Assembly (NCBI RefSeq): GCF_041146345.1
Contig: NW_027191417.1
Coordinates: 1,736,001-1,800,000, forward strand
DNA length: 64,000 nt
Source of the DNA: Neodothiora populina
Lineage: Eukaryota
Direction: 5' to 3'
Shown here: one piece after another, positions 61,274 through 64,000 of the stretch
Layout of the letters: every line of letters starts with the position of its first letter
Numbering within the stretch: position 1 is the stretch's first letter
The notes under the pieces: generated by a model
Told to the model about the DNA's origin: nothing
Database searches by the model: none
What the model saw: the letters and a program-made list of their open reading frames with translations, nothing else
Made by a program: the position numbers and the translations under genes

Positions 61274-63131
61274 TCGCTCGAGTCTACCTGTACAACGTTT
61301 CATCCTTGCAATCAAGGAACATGCATTTCTCCGGTTCCAGTCAAATGATGTTTTGCATTTTCATCTCGCATAGCATCGCGAGCACATGATACCATGGACG
61401 AATTGCTGCAGCACAGCACAGCATAGCAAACAGAAAGCGACGACAGATACGTGCGCATGGCAATGGTCCAAGCCATTGCATGACGAGACCCCAAGTGGAA
61501 GTCCGATCTGTCGCATCTCGTAATTTCGCATCTTTTTTCTTTTCTTTTATCCGGCACGGCGTTTCAACTTGCGGTACGATCAATGACCATGGGCATTCGA
61601 TACAAGTAGTCGGGCGAACAATGGAGTTTTATGGTGCAAGGTCAACGGCGATGGATTTCTTCTTTTCTGCGTGGCTTCACGGGAGGATGTGGTGGGGCAT
61701 AGGGGATTCGAGGAGGAAAGGGGGATGTGTGGCATATGTTGCGCGTGGACTGATTTCTCTGACTTTGGGTGGGATGAACACTTTGTTCAGGGGCGTAAAT
61801 ATGATGGATTGGGGATAGGCTCTTGCTTTTGACTGTTCGTGGTTTTTCTTCTGCGGCTTCAGCATCTTCGGCGGAGACGAGAAATGTCCAATTCTTCTTT
61901 ACTTTCAATTTTCTGATTGATGCTCTTCTTTTCACTGCAATCTGTGTTTCGTCTGACGGTTTTCCACTACATTTGTGCCTGCTCGCGTTCTCGGTACAAC
62001 ATGGACTTGATAGACCTGGTAGACTCACTACGCATACTCGGTAACAGTCTGTCAAATGAGAAACAGCTCGCACTTCCTTATATGTCCAGCTGACCAGAAA
62101 TGAATCGACTCGATTGATTACCTGTTTTGCATCTTACCTTAGATCAATATCCGTCCTGTCTCACTCTTTTCACTCTGAACAAGAAATATCCCTATCTCTA
62201 ACTCGAGGCCATTTCCCTCAGGCCTGCCTACCACACTAGACCTAGCTATATCTCACGCATGAATCTGATATCGAAGCAGGGAAAACAGTGACTCAGCGAT
62301 CCACAAAAATCACTCCCAGCAGAATCATACCAATATCACCACACCTTAGCATTAAGTCCAGAGACAGTAGCCAAAGTAGTGTTGTTTACACCATATAGTC
62401 GTTTGTCTCCCGATTACTTCACCCGCTCGACTCGCCGATAAGTGTGATTGTATATAAGCTAAGGTAAACACGCGCGACTCCGCGCGACCCCAGTGCACGC
62501 GAGCCCAAACGCGCAGTCACGCAGCCACGCACGACCCGCCTTGCTGCCTCGCGACCCACGCCTAAGGTAACCAGCCCACGCGCCTAGCCCACGCGACAAC
62601 TCACCCACGCCTGCTACCTATAGGGCCCTGTCTACCTCACCTTAATATGGGACAACATGAGCCCTGCGACGTCCGGTCGGGGCTTGGCTGCCTGCTGCTG
62701 CCTTGATCTACTATAACGCCCGCGTCTAAGAATGGCAAGAAGGCGCAGATTGGCAGGCTGCCAGTCGAGGAAATGGGATTACTGGGTGGGTTCGAGTCAG
62801 TGGGGTGGCTCTTGTTTGACGTCTTAGTCTAGTGCGAGGGGGGGCGGTGGTATGGTGGGTTGTATATATAAGGTAGTCTTGCTTGCTGCTCTGTTGTGTG
62901 TTACTATGTTGTACTGTCATATCTTTAGGTATATCATTGGAATCTGATACTGGCTTGACGTATATACTGCGCTGTTGTTCTACTTTGCTTTACGCTGCTT
63001 CTATCGCTTTGGTCTGTGATCCATTGAAGAATTCGTCGCAGTTGCTACCGCAGAGGTTCACTTAGAAACGAGGAAATCACCGTGCACATTATATTTCTCA
63101 AATCAATCGATTGCCTTCTCCAATTCCAGAA

Positions 63132-64000
63132 ATGGAAGGACTATTATCGACCGCAATGCTCACCAACGATCCATCACCGCCGTCTATAGAAACGACGACA
63201 ACGCCAACGAGAAGAAGCAAGAGGAAGAGAAACCAAGTCTCGTATTACGAGGAGCCAAACATCGCACTTGACGAGGACGGAGATAACATGGATATCGATA
63301 CCGACGGGGACGAAACCAAGGATGACGAAGACGACGACGAAGACGAAGATGAAGTCGGGGACCATGTTGATCATAGATTGTTTGTAAGTAATGTATCTTC
63401 TCTGCCCAGCAATCATGACTTCGTATGCTCTGCATGTATGTGTATTACAAAAAAAATCCGTACTAAATAAGGGTATAAGAACCCAAAGTACCCCACTCAT
63501 CCCTTCGGCAAGAAAGCAAAGAAGAGCAAGAAGCGAAAAGTCGTCGCCGTCAAGGACAACAAGAACAAATATCAGAAGAAACGAAAGGGCGTGTTCCCCT
63601 TCCTCAGCTTGCCGCCTGAACTCCGTAATGAGATCTATGAGCACTGTCTCACGGCTGGCGAGGATGAGCTCCGGATTATTCGGGAACACAAAAATGTTCG
63701 TCGCGTTGCGGTGCGAGGCGAGAGCGAGCACTTCTGGACTTATGATCGCGAGCGTCGCGACTTCCAGGAAGCTCAGAAAAAGGCTGTCGATCAGGAGATG
63801 ACTGAGGCACAAGACATCGATGAAAATCAGAACCAGAGCTCTGTCGAGCAAGCTGATCAGGTCCACATCCCGAAGAAAAGGCTCTGTCCTGCTCTTTTGG
63901 CCGTCAACCGTCAGATCCACGACGAGGCTATAACCTTTCTCTACCATCAACCCATACACCTGGAAGACACGTACGCTCTGCATACTTTCATCTCGACACT
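63132..64000 (+). CDS. F-box-like fungal protein, 5' part (runs off window)
   Basis: Acidic/basic N-terminus, intron ~63384-63479, FPFLSLPPELRNEIYEHCL and PALLAVNRQIHDEA..FLY motifs. Confidence 0.75.

Noticed and set aside
1410..63479. Several AAG 3' splice acceptors (fRMsr, gamma-tubulin twice, S1, last gene)
   Set aside because: About five of roughly fifty introns; not clearly outside normal fungal usage

Overview
Gene-dense, intron-containing genomic DNA from a filamentous ascomycete (Pezizomycotina; GTRNGY donors, CTRAC branch sites, mostly 50-100 nt introns). About 24 protein genes are recognisable, mostly housekeeping: peroxisomal thiolase (partial), fRMsr, GH27 alpha-galactosidase, group II G-alpha, RIB1, mS38/COX24, PI-PLC, dynactin p25, two SET proteins, a GDPD, a GT4 trehalose synthase/phosphorylase, gamma-tubulin, FBPase, an alpha/beta hydrolase, a SUN glucanase, ARP2, a Gly/His/Thr repeat hydrophilin, an AKR7-like reductase, S1/P1 nuclease, FacB, CDC14, a partial F-box-like gene and one orphan. 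Three RNA genes invisible to the ORF track were read directly: a dispersed 5S rRNA (4818-4936), an intron-containing tRNA-Met(CAT) and U4 snRNA. No intact transposon, CRISPR array or biosynthetic cluster is evident, and I cannot claim a wholly new system. The best leads are an in-frame stop in the trehalose gene that also creates a branch site for a 39-nt in-frame cryptic intron, single-base frameshifts in homopolymers of mS38 and CDC14 (probably assembly errors), a 5-nt microexon, carbon-regulatory motifs, and an orphan with an apparent internal domain duplication. Exon boundaries were read by eye and may be off by a few bases.
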